From positions 14,091-78,090 of the forward strand of contig JBNZDD010013511.1 in assembly GCA_050575255.1 (NCBI GenBank): a DNA stretch of 64,000 bases. Reading direction: 5' to 3'. Shown here one piece after another: positions 14,948-25,731 of this stretch (its first letter is position 1; the number at the start of each line of letters is the position of its first letter). Under the pieces are notes generated by a model that saw only the letters and a program-made list of their open reading frames with translations, had not been told where the DNA came from and made no database searches. Made by a program: the position numbers and the translations under genes. This DNA is from Harriotta raleighana (taxonomy: Eukaryota).

Positions 14948-17900
14948 CTGTTTCCAAGCAAACAACGGATTACGCATTGCCCCATCTAACCGATCACAAA
15001 AAGCTCAGAGCCCAGCCACACTTTCCTCACAGCTTTTCCCAACCTGGGGAAAATGTTTAGGCCACACTGAGTAATAACTTCCTTTACTGACGCAATTTGC
15101 TTTTGCGCTTAACAATTTTAATCTGAGTGAAATTCCTCATTTTTTATAAAAATAATTCTTTAAAAAGATTAGGCCCGAGTCTATATTTTTTTCCTTACGA
15201 GCAGAGGAACATACAAATCATTTTGTTGTTGTGAAATCATCGGCCACAGAAAGCCAGGCCAGACAGCACTCATGTTTTTCTAGCTGTTGTATTTCCTTCT
15301 GCATTACACCACAACTTTCCATAGCTGTGCAGTTCATCGTGCAGCCTGTTAACACTGCAGCTCACCATCCTCAGAAAGAGCAGGTCCTTTGCTCTCTGGC
15401 TTGGTGAGACTGTATAGCAGATATTGAGGGGTTTAGAAGTCAACATTGTGCTATTATATCAAGAGGACGACCCCCAACTCAAACCTCCTCCTCTTTAGTT
15501 TTCCCAATTGTTGAACAGTACAGAAACATTTGCTATTCGTTCCCCTTCTTCCAGCATAGTAAACACGAGAACTGATGTGACATCCCAGATACAATGCTTG
15601 TAATTAGCACTTTAAACTGCAATGATAGGCCTAGCATCGCTTTTCATTACCTCCACTCCCCCCCCGCCCATTCCCACTATTGATAACAACCTCCAATTTA
15701 TGTGTCTTAAGTACCTAACTGCTTTCCCACGCACTGGTTTTAAGCATTCAATGTGGATCTAAGATAAGGAAAGGGTCACCAATCCGATACCATATTTATT
15801 ACATACCCTCTTCATTTACGGAAAGGAAAGAAAGGTGGTCTGTCTCCGTGAACTATGTGCGTTAAACAGCATCGAGGGTTAAGGCACCTCTTGCTATCGT
15901 ACCCGATGAAATGGTGGGTTACAGTGGCAGATGCCTTGTCACTGTGACTCCCAGTTCTCCAGCGAGAAATTACTCACTCATGGAAGCGTCAGTACACCTC
16001 ACTGTCGCTGACTGCCGAGGGCTGAGGGATTGAAGCGTTAAAATTACTGTGGTGATATTTTCACCGTTGTGCGAAAGGGTATGTAATAAGTGGACACGGC
16101 GTTAACAGCCAGCGTTTAACCGTCTCGGACCCGGACCCCGATCTGTTACTAATGCATAATTCACACTTCCCACTTCCGAGGGAAGTTGCGTTTGTCTTTA
16201 CGAGTGCTGACGGGAACCATGCATTCGATTTCACCAGAAAAGGTTTCGCCATAACTCTTCCGAGTTTCCTATCAGGCAAGCTTTCCTCCAGCCTCCGCCC
16301 GCAACTGAACGCAAGCAAAATTTGTTTACAAAAAAATAATTCTCAGAAAAAAAATCTGAAGCCTAAAATTGAGGTGATATAAAAATATTTTTTTGCATAG
16401 GTGTTGGTAGATTTGACAAATCTTACCACTGAAGCCTGACTGTGGCAGTGGAGGATTGTTAGATGCTGGTATTGGAAGAAATTGCATCAACTCAAAACAC
16501 TGCCCTCACCCGAGTAATGCGAGTCAATAATTGGCTGGGCCCAAATTTCCTTACAGAGGAACTCAGAAGTTCCATGTATTATCCATAATCTTGTGTGTTT
16601 TTTTTAATGCCTTGCCTACCCAAGTAACCAAATGTTCTCACTCTTGTGCCGACCAACACAGTGAAGGGTTTGAGATGTTCTCCCTGTGGGAGAGGTTCTG
16701 AATAATCTCAACACTATTTTTATTGTCGGATGGGGCAATATCTGGCAAACCAGTGTGCAGCAAATTCGAAACTCCGAAAGACAAATCCAACTTCGAACCT
16801 CTTCTAAAACCATTAAGAATCCGATTTTTTTTTCATGCTTTGATCTGAAGGAAAGAAAACATATTGAAATAGATTACGTTACGTCCTGGTGGTTATTTTA
16901 TTTAACTGTTTGGGGTTGGCAAATCCTAACTCGTGTGTGCAGGGTTTTGTTTTCTGTTTTTAAATGGTGATTGTACAATTTTGGGTTTGGTTTCACTCCA
17001 TTCTTTTGAGGCCAAGGAAGGGGACTGGTTAGTGAAAAGAAACTTATATTCTCAAACCTAGACGTTCTGTGGTCTGTCTGTGGTCTGTCCCTCTTCTATA
17101 GGACACAGGACAGACAATCTGACCTTTTCAAAATATGTAAATACACCACTGTTCCCAAAAATAAAAAATCCTNTTACAATCCTAAAAAAAAAATCTCTCT
17201 CTCGCTCAGCCCCTCTTGTCATCGTTCTCTCTTGTTCTCTTCTCCTCCCTNAAAAAAAATTCTCTCTCTCGCTCAGCCCCTCTTGTCATCGTTCTCTCTT
17301 GTTCTCTTCTCCTCCCTTCTCTCCCCCACTCACCCCCCAGCCTCGCCCTTCCCCAATCAATCAATAGTGGGTTTTTTAATTTGGTCATTTTACAGAAAAA
17401 AAAGCACTTAAAAGTAGCTCATTCAAAACTGGGTAATGCTAGCAATGTTTATCGAGTGGGTTATCTTATAAATGACTGTAATGCTCACACTCTGCAGGAT
17501 TGTGGTACAGGTTTAATAATAATCTTCGCATTTGCTTTAGCGCTTTTCACGTCTTCCAGACGTCTAAAGCGTTTCACAAAATATACTGCAAAGTGAATTG
17601 ACTGTATATTTGCGGGCGAAACGCGACAGCCAGCAGCGTCCCCATGAACTGTCGTGGATTGAAATGACCAAATTATTAATCGTTGGTTTTGAGGGATTGT
17701 TATTAATTTGATTGATTGTGGCAGAAAAAGTAACATTTTAGTCCCCATCAGATTATGTGACTCACGGCAAAGGGAAGTGATGAGGCTGTTTTTTGTGATG
17801 GGGAAAATGGCAGAGCCCAGGGGTGAGGATGGAGTTCATACTGGTCGGGGGGAGGGAGGGAGGGAGGGAGGGAGGTGGGGATTGAAATGTGGATGGCGAA

Positions 17901-18534
17901 CAGACCGCTGCCAATTGTGGACACTGACAATATCTAACCTGTGGAGAGAGCGACATCAGTGCCTCCAGCAACATATTGGCCCAGGGAGCCGTCAGCTGAG
18001 AGCAGTAGGGAGGGATGGGATCTAGAGGTGGAAAGTGCAAAGCAAGCTATCATATTTGACAGATAGATCTCGAGCCCCAAATAGCCCCTTTGACGATCAA
18101 ATGTATTCTGGCAGTGGAGGCGGAGCCTTGAACTCTCAATCCAGGCCTTGGTCTGGATGGACTAACAAGGCATGGATGCCACCTTGTGTTGAGTGTCTCG
18201 TGGGTTTGTGCTTTTCAGTTGCAATTAATTCTTATCTCGACGGCAGTGCAGCATTCTGTTTGATCCACATTCAAAGCTCTTTGAATTTCTATCAATTCCT
18301 CCCACTCCTGTGTGTGTGTGTGTTTTTTTTTATATATACACACACACACACTGCTTTCTGCTTGAACTGTACCTCTAGCATTGGGCTGTGTTAGTTCATC
18401 AGATTAGCTCCCTCGGTGAAATTTGTGCTGTGTCTTCTAACCCAGACAGCGGCGGTATAACCTGCCGACCATTCTCTAGTCCTAAATATGTTTTCTGCTC
18501 TCCAGTCTATTGCATTTTGCATGTCGCGTGTGTG

Positions 18535-18572
<38 letters not shown>

Positions 18573-20974
18573 TGCTGTGATCATGACTGGCTCTAACCAT
18601 CACTCACATTAGACTTCAGTAACAATGAGCTCCTTCCAGTATCAAACACTCATCTCCCTTTCTTGTTGCTATGTGGCTTTGCAGCTGTGGAGTGAGGAGG
18701 TGGACAAAGTGAGTATCTCAAAGCAACGTCTGGGTGGTGGGAGGGAGAAACGCGCACAGACACTGGGTGGGGGTTGGGTGGGGGAGGTGGGAGGGGAGTG
18801 AAAAACTAGGCTGTGGATCACTGGGTTAACTCTTGTGGACTTTTGACTCATCAAAGATGTTCTTAAATTGGCCACCACAAAACTCAACACCAAATTGCTC
18901 GAAACAGCCGACTGTGTGAGTAAAGATCTGAGGGCAGCATCTGTCCGACCTGGTTCACGTCTCTCAAACTTCACCCGTTAAAATCAATCTCTTAAACTTC
19001 ACCGGTAGAATAATAATAAAAATAATTTCCGCCTTTTCACGCCTTCTAGTCTGTGGTCTCAAAGCGCTTCACAGAATATACTGCGAAGTGAATTGACTGT
19101 GTACTTGTGGGTGAAACGCGGCAGCCAATTGCCCACAACAGCGTCCCCCCACAAACAGTCGCAGATTGAGGTGATTTATATATTTTTATGGAGGGATTAT
19201 TATTAGGTGCGTGTGTGGAGTAAGGAAACTTGTCCAAGGTTTCGCCCTGACCTGATCTGACCTGCCTGGAATCGAACACAAGTCTTACAATCGTAAGGCG
19301 AGGGCTCTAACCACTGAGCTACAGGAGCTCCACATTGGATTTTAAAAGTGAGCTCAACTGCATCTGAGTTAGAGGTGGGAGGAATCAATCTGTCTCGGCT
19401 GCCTACAGCTACTTGCTTTAGTGTCCATATTTTTTTTTTAACCACGTTACCCACACACTAGACTTTTCATGTCTGTCGGGACAGGCGGGAGGGCTGGTGG
19501 GTGGCGGAGAACGAATTGTCTTTGACAGTTAAAGCTGCAGTGTGTGCTTTGCAAACAGTAATTACGCTCAGGAGAGCCATAGTCGGCCGTGTTTTGACTC
19601 TTTATCTATTCCCGTGCTGTCTGCTCGCAAGTCTATGTCTCCTTTGTGTACAGTCACTTTGCAGAGGAAGAAGAAATTGCTCACATAGTGTGGGGACCAT
19701 TCGTCGCGAGGTGATGGCTCTAAAAAATTTCGCTCCGAATTAAAACTCCTCGTACTCAATAATAAGAATCCAAAAAACTTTCAATTGGTAACTGAGATTG
19801 CTTGTTTTTGGAAGCAAAATCTATTCTAATGCTGTATTGTTAGTCTGGTTTTAAACAGCTCAATACAAAACCCTTCTTATCCTTGTCGTGTATATCCTGC
19901 AGCTTTACACAGAGGTCAGTTTAAATAGCGTTCAGAAAAATATTCTGAAGATTGATGTTGGAGGTAAAGTTTCTCACAGGGGTAATCGCTTGACTACTTT
20001 ACCCTCGGCCACAATCGGAGATGATTTTTAACTGAAGCATCCCTTTCGCTCAGTCTCCCGGTGTCCTTGGTGAGGGGGGTGGGTGGTGGTGGGGGGGGGA
20101 TCAAATAAAAATGATTTGGGAAAAAGGGAGGGGAGAGTCTTGAGCGGAAATGTTCCAGAATTGTTAATCAGCAGAGAGAGTTGTGAGCTGGTCTGTCGCT
20201 GGTTAATCCCACCCGTGTAGACTTAACGAAAGGGATGTCGAATAGTCTTTCATATTCCACTAAGTTGATAGTGACGTTCGGGGTTTGAGTGGGGGGAGAG
20301 GTTGGGTCTTTATTAAAATTGCAGTTCTCGGGTTTGCTTGCCATTTTCTGTTTGTTCTGTCCCGATTTCTAATGCCTTCTTGTCTGTTTTTTTTTTACCT
20401 GAAGTTTCACTTGGTGTTGTTTGTTTGCGGTTTTTGTTTCCAAACGGACCCGAAGGATAATCGACGCCGTCACTGGCTCAAAGTGAACCCTTCTGGTTTT
20501 TTTAATGGAGTCTTTGCACTGTGTGGAGTCAAGTTGCTTTCAGTTAACATTGTCCCAACTTCTTGGGACACTTTCTACGGAAACCTGGGACTTTTCATTG
20601 GGTGGAGGGTGGGAAATCGATGCATGGCTTTAACAATATTTGGTCTGTCGAATGTGGTCGAAACCCCGTTTTTGTCATTGAATTAGAAGCGATTGATCGT
20701 TTCCCAGGTGTTCTGAATGCTTCGGTCCCAAACACCCACAGCGCAAGGCAGCAAAATTGTGTGGCCTCCAGGTTTGAGTGTAGGGCTGTGCTTGTGTGTG
20801 TGAAAATGACGAAGGACAGACGGTTTTTGTTTTGCTATGGTACCTGCTGGTTTTGTGTGGAGTGCTCTGCAATGCTCTGCTGCACACAGAAACCCAGGTT
20901 GGAAGATTAGAATGACTGACAGCCGTGTTGACTCTCCCGACCTACGTTAATGAAGTTATTGACATACTCACACA

Positions 20975-21012
<38 letters not shown>

Positions 21013-24000
21013 GCATGATCAGGAGTGGCTTCTGTGGTGAAATGAACTGGCCACCTAACCCCCACCCCAGTCATGATTTGATTGCGATGTGTCACAATAT
21101 AAAGCGAAAAGAGGGAATAAAGTGGAAGGAGGCAGTGGGGAGGGGCGTTGGGTGGGGTGTGGGAATTGCACAACAAACAAATCAGCCTCTTCATTACCGC
21201 ATTACAGTATACTTTCCGCCAGTGAGGTGGTCAGTCACTTCATGGCTGTTTGTGGGAGTTGGCAGTCGATTTAACAAACTAAATATAGTCAGGATGCTTC
21301 CACATTAAAATCCTTCTGGAGTGCTTTAACATCCCGTCGTTAAAAGATCTGTCATATTCTAATAGTATTGTTATCACTGTATCTAACTTGCTTGATACAG
21401 GTGGCTCCATCTTCACGTCATCTTTCAGAATGCTCCATACAAACTAATCAGAAGAATGAATCCCCTATAATGTTCTTCATTGTATCGGCAGGAGTTCAGT
21501 TGATCTATCAAATTTATTACTGGTGTAACTTTACTGACTGCCTTCCTTTTTTAAAAGGGAAACTTCTCCCACATTCCCTCTAGAATTCAGTGTTGTAAAC
21601 TTTTCGGAGGTTATTTTATGCGTCAGTTGGCTTGGCGTAAAAAAAAATACACACACGAATATCAGTAAATAACACTTTACCTAGATTGCATATTCACAAA
21701 CCTGGGCTCTGACTTTCCACCCAGATGATTGATCGATTTTGGCAGCTACTTTCGTAAGTAAGTCATTGTGAGAAATATTTATACCTCAATAAATCCTTCT
21801 TTTAAAAGACAATTGGTTTCATTAACTCAACAGGGGCAGTAACCCAATCACAATCCTGATTTCAATCAGGCCTAGAAGCCAACATAATAGCCACCTTGAA
21901 GTAATGAAGGCAATGTCTAGGTGTTAAAGTAACTCGTAACTCAATCGTTATATATAATGAATGCTCGAAGCGAGGAACTGTGAGACTTTAATCCGAGGCT
22001 GCTTCACCCTCACAAAAACAAAACACACTGCACTTTATTACACACAAGCTATTGGGTTTAATAATAACCTTTGCCTTTGAAATTATGCTTTCCACGTCTT
22101 CTAGACGTCTCAAAGCGCTGCACAGAATATACTGTAAAGTGAATTGACTGTATATTTGTGGGCAAAACGAGGCAGCCAATTGCGCACAGCGGCGTCCCAC
22201 AAACAGTCGTGGATTGAAATGAACAAATTTATGTTTTTTTGAGGGATTATTATTAGGCGTGTGGAGTAAGGAAACTTGCCCAGTTTCACGCTGCGTGGAA
22301 TTGAACCCTTGTAAGGCGGGAAGTGCTCTAACCACCAAGCTACAGGATTCATTTTCCATTCCATGCACATTTTCCCCAACCCATTGCCGCCCGACTGAAC
22401 TGCGTGTGGCTCCACGGAATAATCCTTTGTGACTAGGGGCTCTCTGGTTATATTGGAAGGTTTGTCACCACAGCTCGAGTGTTTGTATCGGCCGATCCAT
22501 CACACCAGATATTTGCAGACAGTCTCGCTCCAGGTTCCCTCCTTTATACGTTTCTTTTTTTCCTCCTTTCCTCGCAGGCGGAACAAGAGCTCCGAGTGGC
22601 TCAGACTGAGTTTGACCGTCAAGCAGAAGTCACCAGGTTACTGCTGGAGGGCATCAGCAGCACTCATGTATGTCACTGGCGACGGGTTAGGGTTGGGCAA
22701 CAGACAATTTAGCACCCAAATTACTGGCCTCGGCCTCATCAACATAACAGACAAACAACAAACAAACTGACGCTTGTACAGCGCCTGCCTTTCAGATCAG
22801 GAGGACGTCCCAAGGCGCTGGACCCGAGCGGGGATCGGGGAGGGTGGAGGGAAAGGGGGGGATTTGGAGTGACCAGTGGTAGCTTCGAAGAGGTGGGACT
22901 TGAGGTGGGACTTGAAGGAGGCCAGGGCGAGGGGTGGGGTGGGTGAGGGACTGCGGGATGGAGTTCCAGAGGCTGGGGGCAGAGTGGCCAAAGGCTCAAG
23001 AGCCAATTGTTGAGCTTTAAGACGATGTGGAATATCGGACGCGTCTTCTTTGGGAAGCTGGTTTTGCGCAGTTTCCCTTAATTCATGTGGAGAACCGGCT
23101 TCTGAATTAGAAAAGCCCCAGAACAGGAGGAACCTCAACATACACAGCCTCTTGATTATGTTTTGTTCGAAACAAATGAATATTTGAAGTGTCAATTTTA
23201 CTTTCGTCGAAGGGCTGATTGGAACTGATTAATGTGTTTTGTTATATTGCTTGTTTGGAGTTTATATCTTTCAAAGAGTAAGTTTAACTTTTTGATATTA
23301 AAAAAATCAAATTAATTATCTCTCTCTCTCTCTCTCTCGTAGACTAATCACCTCCGCTGCCTGCATGAGTTTGTAGAGGCTCAGGCTACATACTACGCTC
23401 AATGCTTCCAATACACCGTGGATCTGCAGAAACAGCTGGGAAGGTAATGAAACACATCAGCATAGCATCGCTAAAGCCTCGAGTACACAGCTTCTTTTCG
23501 TCCCCGAGCCTCAGGGTTTCCTTCAATGTAGCGACCAGAGTCCAATATGAAAGCTGCAAATGAGCTAAATAATCATAATCATAATCCTCGCATTTGATAT
23601 AGAGTGTTTCAAGTCTTCGAGACGTCTCAAAGCGCTTCACAGAATATACTGCAACGTGAATTGACTGTGTTTGTGGGCGAAACGCGGCAGCCAATTGCGC
23701 ACAGCAGCGTCCCCCCCCCCCCTCACCACAAAACAGTCGTGAGTTGAAATGACCGGTTTATCATTGCGTTATGTTTTTGGAGTGATTATTATTAGGAGTG
23801 TGTGTGGAGGCAGGAAGCTTGTCCAAGGTTTCACCCTGGCTACTGGTGAGGCTTGGACCTGAGAGGGTTTTCCAAATTTTGCTCTACACCCAGTGACCAC
23901 CAGACCAGGTGGATGTGTTTTTAACCTTTCAGTTGCATTCTGACACGCTGCCATCTAACATGAAGTGAATTCTGTGAGTCACTTGCCTCAGTCAGAGTTG

Positions 24001-25731
24001 TAGGGTTTGACAGAGGCACTTTGGCACGGATTCAGTCCCAAACCTACACGGTACTTCCAATCTCTTTGTGCATAAATGTGTCCTTCAGCTGAATTATTCT
24101 TCATTAGAAAATAGCCAGCGTTCTGGTTTTATTGCCCTGATTTGTAGTCTGCACAAGCCTGTGACTGTTGGCTATCAAAAGTATTTTTTTTTAAATGGCG
24201 GCTGATTTGTGCAGCTGATTATTCCAGTCGCTGTATTGAGGAGAAACTTGCGTTGTTGAGCAAGCACTGCATTAAAAGGCCCATCCCGCAGGATGACATT
24301 GACAGAATTGCTGCTTAGAAACACCAAGTCCCAGGTTCGTTCAATATATTGAACGCTGAGTACATTTGAGCGCCGAGTGCTTTTCTGGAAGCTTCGAAAG
24401 CAGATCCTACAGATCCTACAGCAAAAGGAAATTGGTGTCTGCGAGAGAAGCACACGCCAATTTGTGAGTGATTCGGACTCCATCCGTCTTGCCGGGAAGA
24501 CCCATTTCCTAGTGGGGGGGGAGGCAAACCTGATGCAAGTAACTGCAGCTCACCTCACGCTCCTCACAGGGCAAGCTATCTTTAATGGATGGACTGTGTC
24601 AAGTTCGTAATCTCAGTGTGTGTGGTTCTTTGCCTTTCATGCCTTCAGCTCCGATGCAGAAATGTAAGTGTACCCCTTTGTATCATCTGTGCAAGAGATC
24701 TAATAATAATAATAATAATCATCCTTGCATTTGATATAGCGTTTTTCACGTCTTCTAGACGTCTCACAGTACTTCGCAGAGTACACTGTAAATGAATACA
24801 GGTAGACCTCGCTTAACGTTGCTTCGGGCAGCATTGTTTTGTTATTACGTTGCTGGTACATAGAGGGAACATATTTTCATTTAACGTCCTTTCGTTCGCT
24901 ATTACGTGGTTTGCACGGGTGGAAACAAAGTACTTTGAGTAGCGTAGGCATAAAGTCACACTTTGCGCAAACGCAGCTACAACGTTAAACGAGGACCAAG
25001 TGTTTTGTGTATATATATTTTTTATTTTAAAAAGAACAAGTGTGGAAATCTTTCCTGTTCCCATCCCGTTTCTTTTTTCCCCCTCAGGTTCCCCAGTACG
25101 TTTGTGGGTAATTCTATCCCACCATCTTCCTCCAGTGGCAACTCTCCCTCTGCTGCCACCATCCCTGTGATCCCAGCCCGGCCACCAAATCCTACGGCTT
25201 CCTCTGTGTCTTTCACTGAGGTGAGCCCTCGTTGCAGTGGAACACGGAAGGCTAGAGTGCTGTACGACTATGATGCGGCGGACACCATCGAGCTCTCGCT
25301 CCTCGCTGACGAGGTTAGTGTAACGGAGTGGCACTTGGCGGTGGATTAGATGCGGATTCCAGGCGTTCAAAGTAACTGTGGGTCTCTGTGACGATTCGCC
25401 CCTTGTGTTTTGCACTTTTTAATAGTTTAAGAGCGAACAGAAAGTAAGCTGTTTGTTTGGTTGTTGTGTGCATGTCATTCCTGTACTTATTTTTCCCCAA
25501 ATTTTGTTTTTGTGTGTGTGTGCGCACGCGTGCGTGTGTGTGTGTGTGTGTGTGGGCGAAACTTGTCGACACAGATATTACATTTGGGATTAATTGGAGT
25601 TTCTTGTGATTCCAATGAAACAGTTGATCACGGTGTACAGCCTGCCAGGAATGGATTCCGACTGGCTGATGGGAGAGAGGGGTAACAAGAAAGGCAAGGT
25701 CCCAGTCACCTACCTGGAGCTGCTGAACTGA
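2049..25731 (+). CDS. SH3GLB2: Endophilin-B2 (N-BAR + SH3), multi-exon gene, exon 1 outside window
   Basis: Exons 2049-2190, 5363-5491, 12245-12378, 12607-12699, 13040-13051, 14476-14538, 18685-18708, 22578-22667, 23343-23443, 24649-24663, 25088-25313 and 25624-25731. All are AG/GT bounded and phase-compatible, and they translate FTEEKLGQAE...NKKGKVPVTYLELLN*. The peptide PDFQETRPRNY identifies B2 rather than B1. Confidence 0.96.
2309..2527 (+). mobile_element. tRNA-derived SINE, internally deleted
   Basis: Head GGCTCAGCGGTCAGAGC...GGTTCGATTCC and tail ...aaatgcaatgattattatt. Confidence 0.8.
3972..4330 (-). mobile_element. tRNA-derived SINE, full length
   Basis: Reverse complement of the in-window consensus, with a (TAA)n tail at left. 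Confidence 0.85.
5363..5491 (+). CDS. SH3GLB2: SH3GLB2 coding exon (ARIEEFLYEKLDRKIPSRITNGELLGQYM...GTPY)
   Basis: tttcag| and |gtgagt, 129 nt, phase 1-1. Confidence 0.95.
5545..5857 (+). mobile_element. tRNA-derived SINE, full length
   Basis: tggagtcctgtagctcag head to aaatgcaattattatt tail. Confidence 0.85.
6680..6895 (+). mobile_element. LINE2 3'-end fragment
   Basis: Encodes LASFKTRIKALLFD, like the L2 ORF2 C-terminus, followed by cagcgccttgggacgtcc...(TTG)n tail. Confidence 0.7.
7585..8180 (-). mobile_element. CR1-type LINE 3' fragments (nested)
   Basis: aggccattcggcccatcgagtctg and gatcatggctgatct motifs typical of reverse-strand CR1 3' ends; similar to 38950-39390 and 59990-60130. 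Confidence 0.6.
9921..10007. repeat. Poly-C run next to an N
   Basis: About 87 consecutive C ending at N 10008; probably inflated by sequencing or assembly. Confidence 0.8.
10947..11290 (+). mobile_element. tRNA-derived SINE, full length with internal (CA)n
   Basis: Near-consensus head GTAGCTCAGTGGTTAGAGCACTCGCCTTACAAGCGTGAGACCTGTGTTTCGAATCC. Confidence 0.88.
11853..12197 (+). mobile_element. tRNA-derived SINE, full length
   Basis: Head, CA/CG microsatellite, body and (ATT)n tail ending about 48 nt before an exon acceptor. Confidence 0.88.
12245..12378 (+). CDS. SH3GLB2: SH3GLB2 coding exon (STLIKVGETQRRLG...NFLEGDWKTIT)
   Basis: gcag| and |gtgcga, 134 nt. Confidence 0.95.
12607..12699 (+). 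CDS. SH3GLB2: SH3GLB2 coding exon (RERRLLQNRRLDLDATKARLKKAKAAEAKVA)
   Basis: acag| and |gtaagt, 93 nt. Confidence 0.95.
13040..13051 (+). CDS. SH3GLB2: SH3GLB2 12-nt microexon (CEGE)
   Basis: tctgcgcag|TGTGAGGGAGAA|gtgagt, phase 0-0; resembles the CEGD insert of mammalian endophilin B2 isoforms (recalled). Confidence 0.85.
13834..14115 (-). mobile_element. SINE, long-middle subfamily, headless
   Basis: Reverse match to the copy at 1612-1976. Confidence 0.7.
14476..14538 (+). CDS. SH3GLB2: SH3GLB2 coding exon (TMPDFQETRPRNYVLSASASA)
   Basis: tgtag| and |gtaaga, 63 nt. Confidence 0.95.
18685..18708 (+). CDS. SH3GLB2: SH3GLB2 24-nt exon (LWSEEVDK)
   Basis: tttgcag| and |gtgagt; corresponds to LWNDEVDK of endophilin B2. 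Confidence 0.92.
19010..19333 (-). mobile_element. tRNA-derived SINE, full length
   Basis: Reverse complement of consensus. Confidence 0.85.
22060..22350 (-). mobile_element. tRNA-derived SINE
   Basis: Reverse complement of consensus. Confidence 0.8.
22578..22667 (+). CDS. SH3GLB2: SH3GLB2 coding exon (AEQELRVAQTEFDRQAEVTRLLLEGISSTH)
   Basis: cgcag| and |gtatgt, 90 nt. Confidence 0.95.
22745..23000 (-). mobile_element. LINE2 3'-end fragment
   Basis: Minus-strand ORF reads LASFKSHLKSHLFEAT (L2 ORF2 C-terminal FKxxLKxxLF motif), followed by an L2 tail. Confidence 0.75.
23343..23443 (+). CDS. SH3GLB2: SH3GLB2 coding exon (TNHLRCLHEFVEAQATYYAQCFQYTVDLQKQLG)
   Basis: cgtag| and |gtaatg, 101 nt. 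Confidence 0.95.
24649..24663 (+). CDS. SH3GLB2: SH3GLB2 15-nt microexon (gives LG-SSDAEM-FP)
   Basis: ccttcag|CTCCGATGCAGAAAT|gtaagt, phase 2-2; same position as the SSQGAI-type insert of mammalian isoforms (recalled). Confidence 0.82.
24799..25002. mobile_element. Tigger/mariner-like MITE
   Basis: TA|CAGGTAGACCTCGCTTAACGTTG ... CAACGTTAAACGAGGACCAAGTG imperfect terminal inverted repeats; related half copy at 35975-36047. Confidence 0.65.
25088..25313 (+). CDS. SH3GLB2: SH3GLB2 coding exon (linker + SH3 N-half, RKARVLYDYDAADTIELSLLADE)
   Basis: ctcag| and |gttagt, 226 nt. Confidence 0.95.
25624..25731 (+). CDS. SH3GLB2: SH3GLB2 last coding exon (LITVYSLPGMDSDWLMGERGNKKGKVPVTYLELLN*)
   Basis: acag| acceptor, TGA at 25729-25731. 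Confidence 0.95.
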   Translation: MITVYSLPGMDSDWLMGERGNKKGKVPVTYLELLN

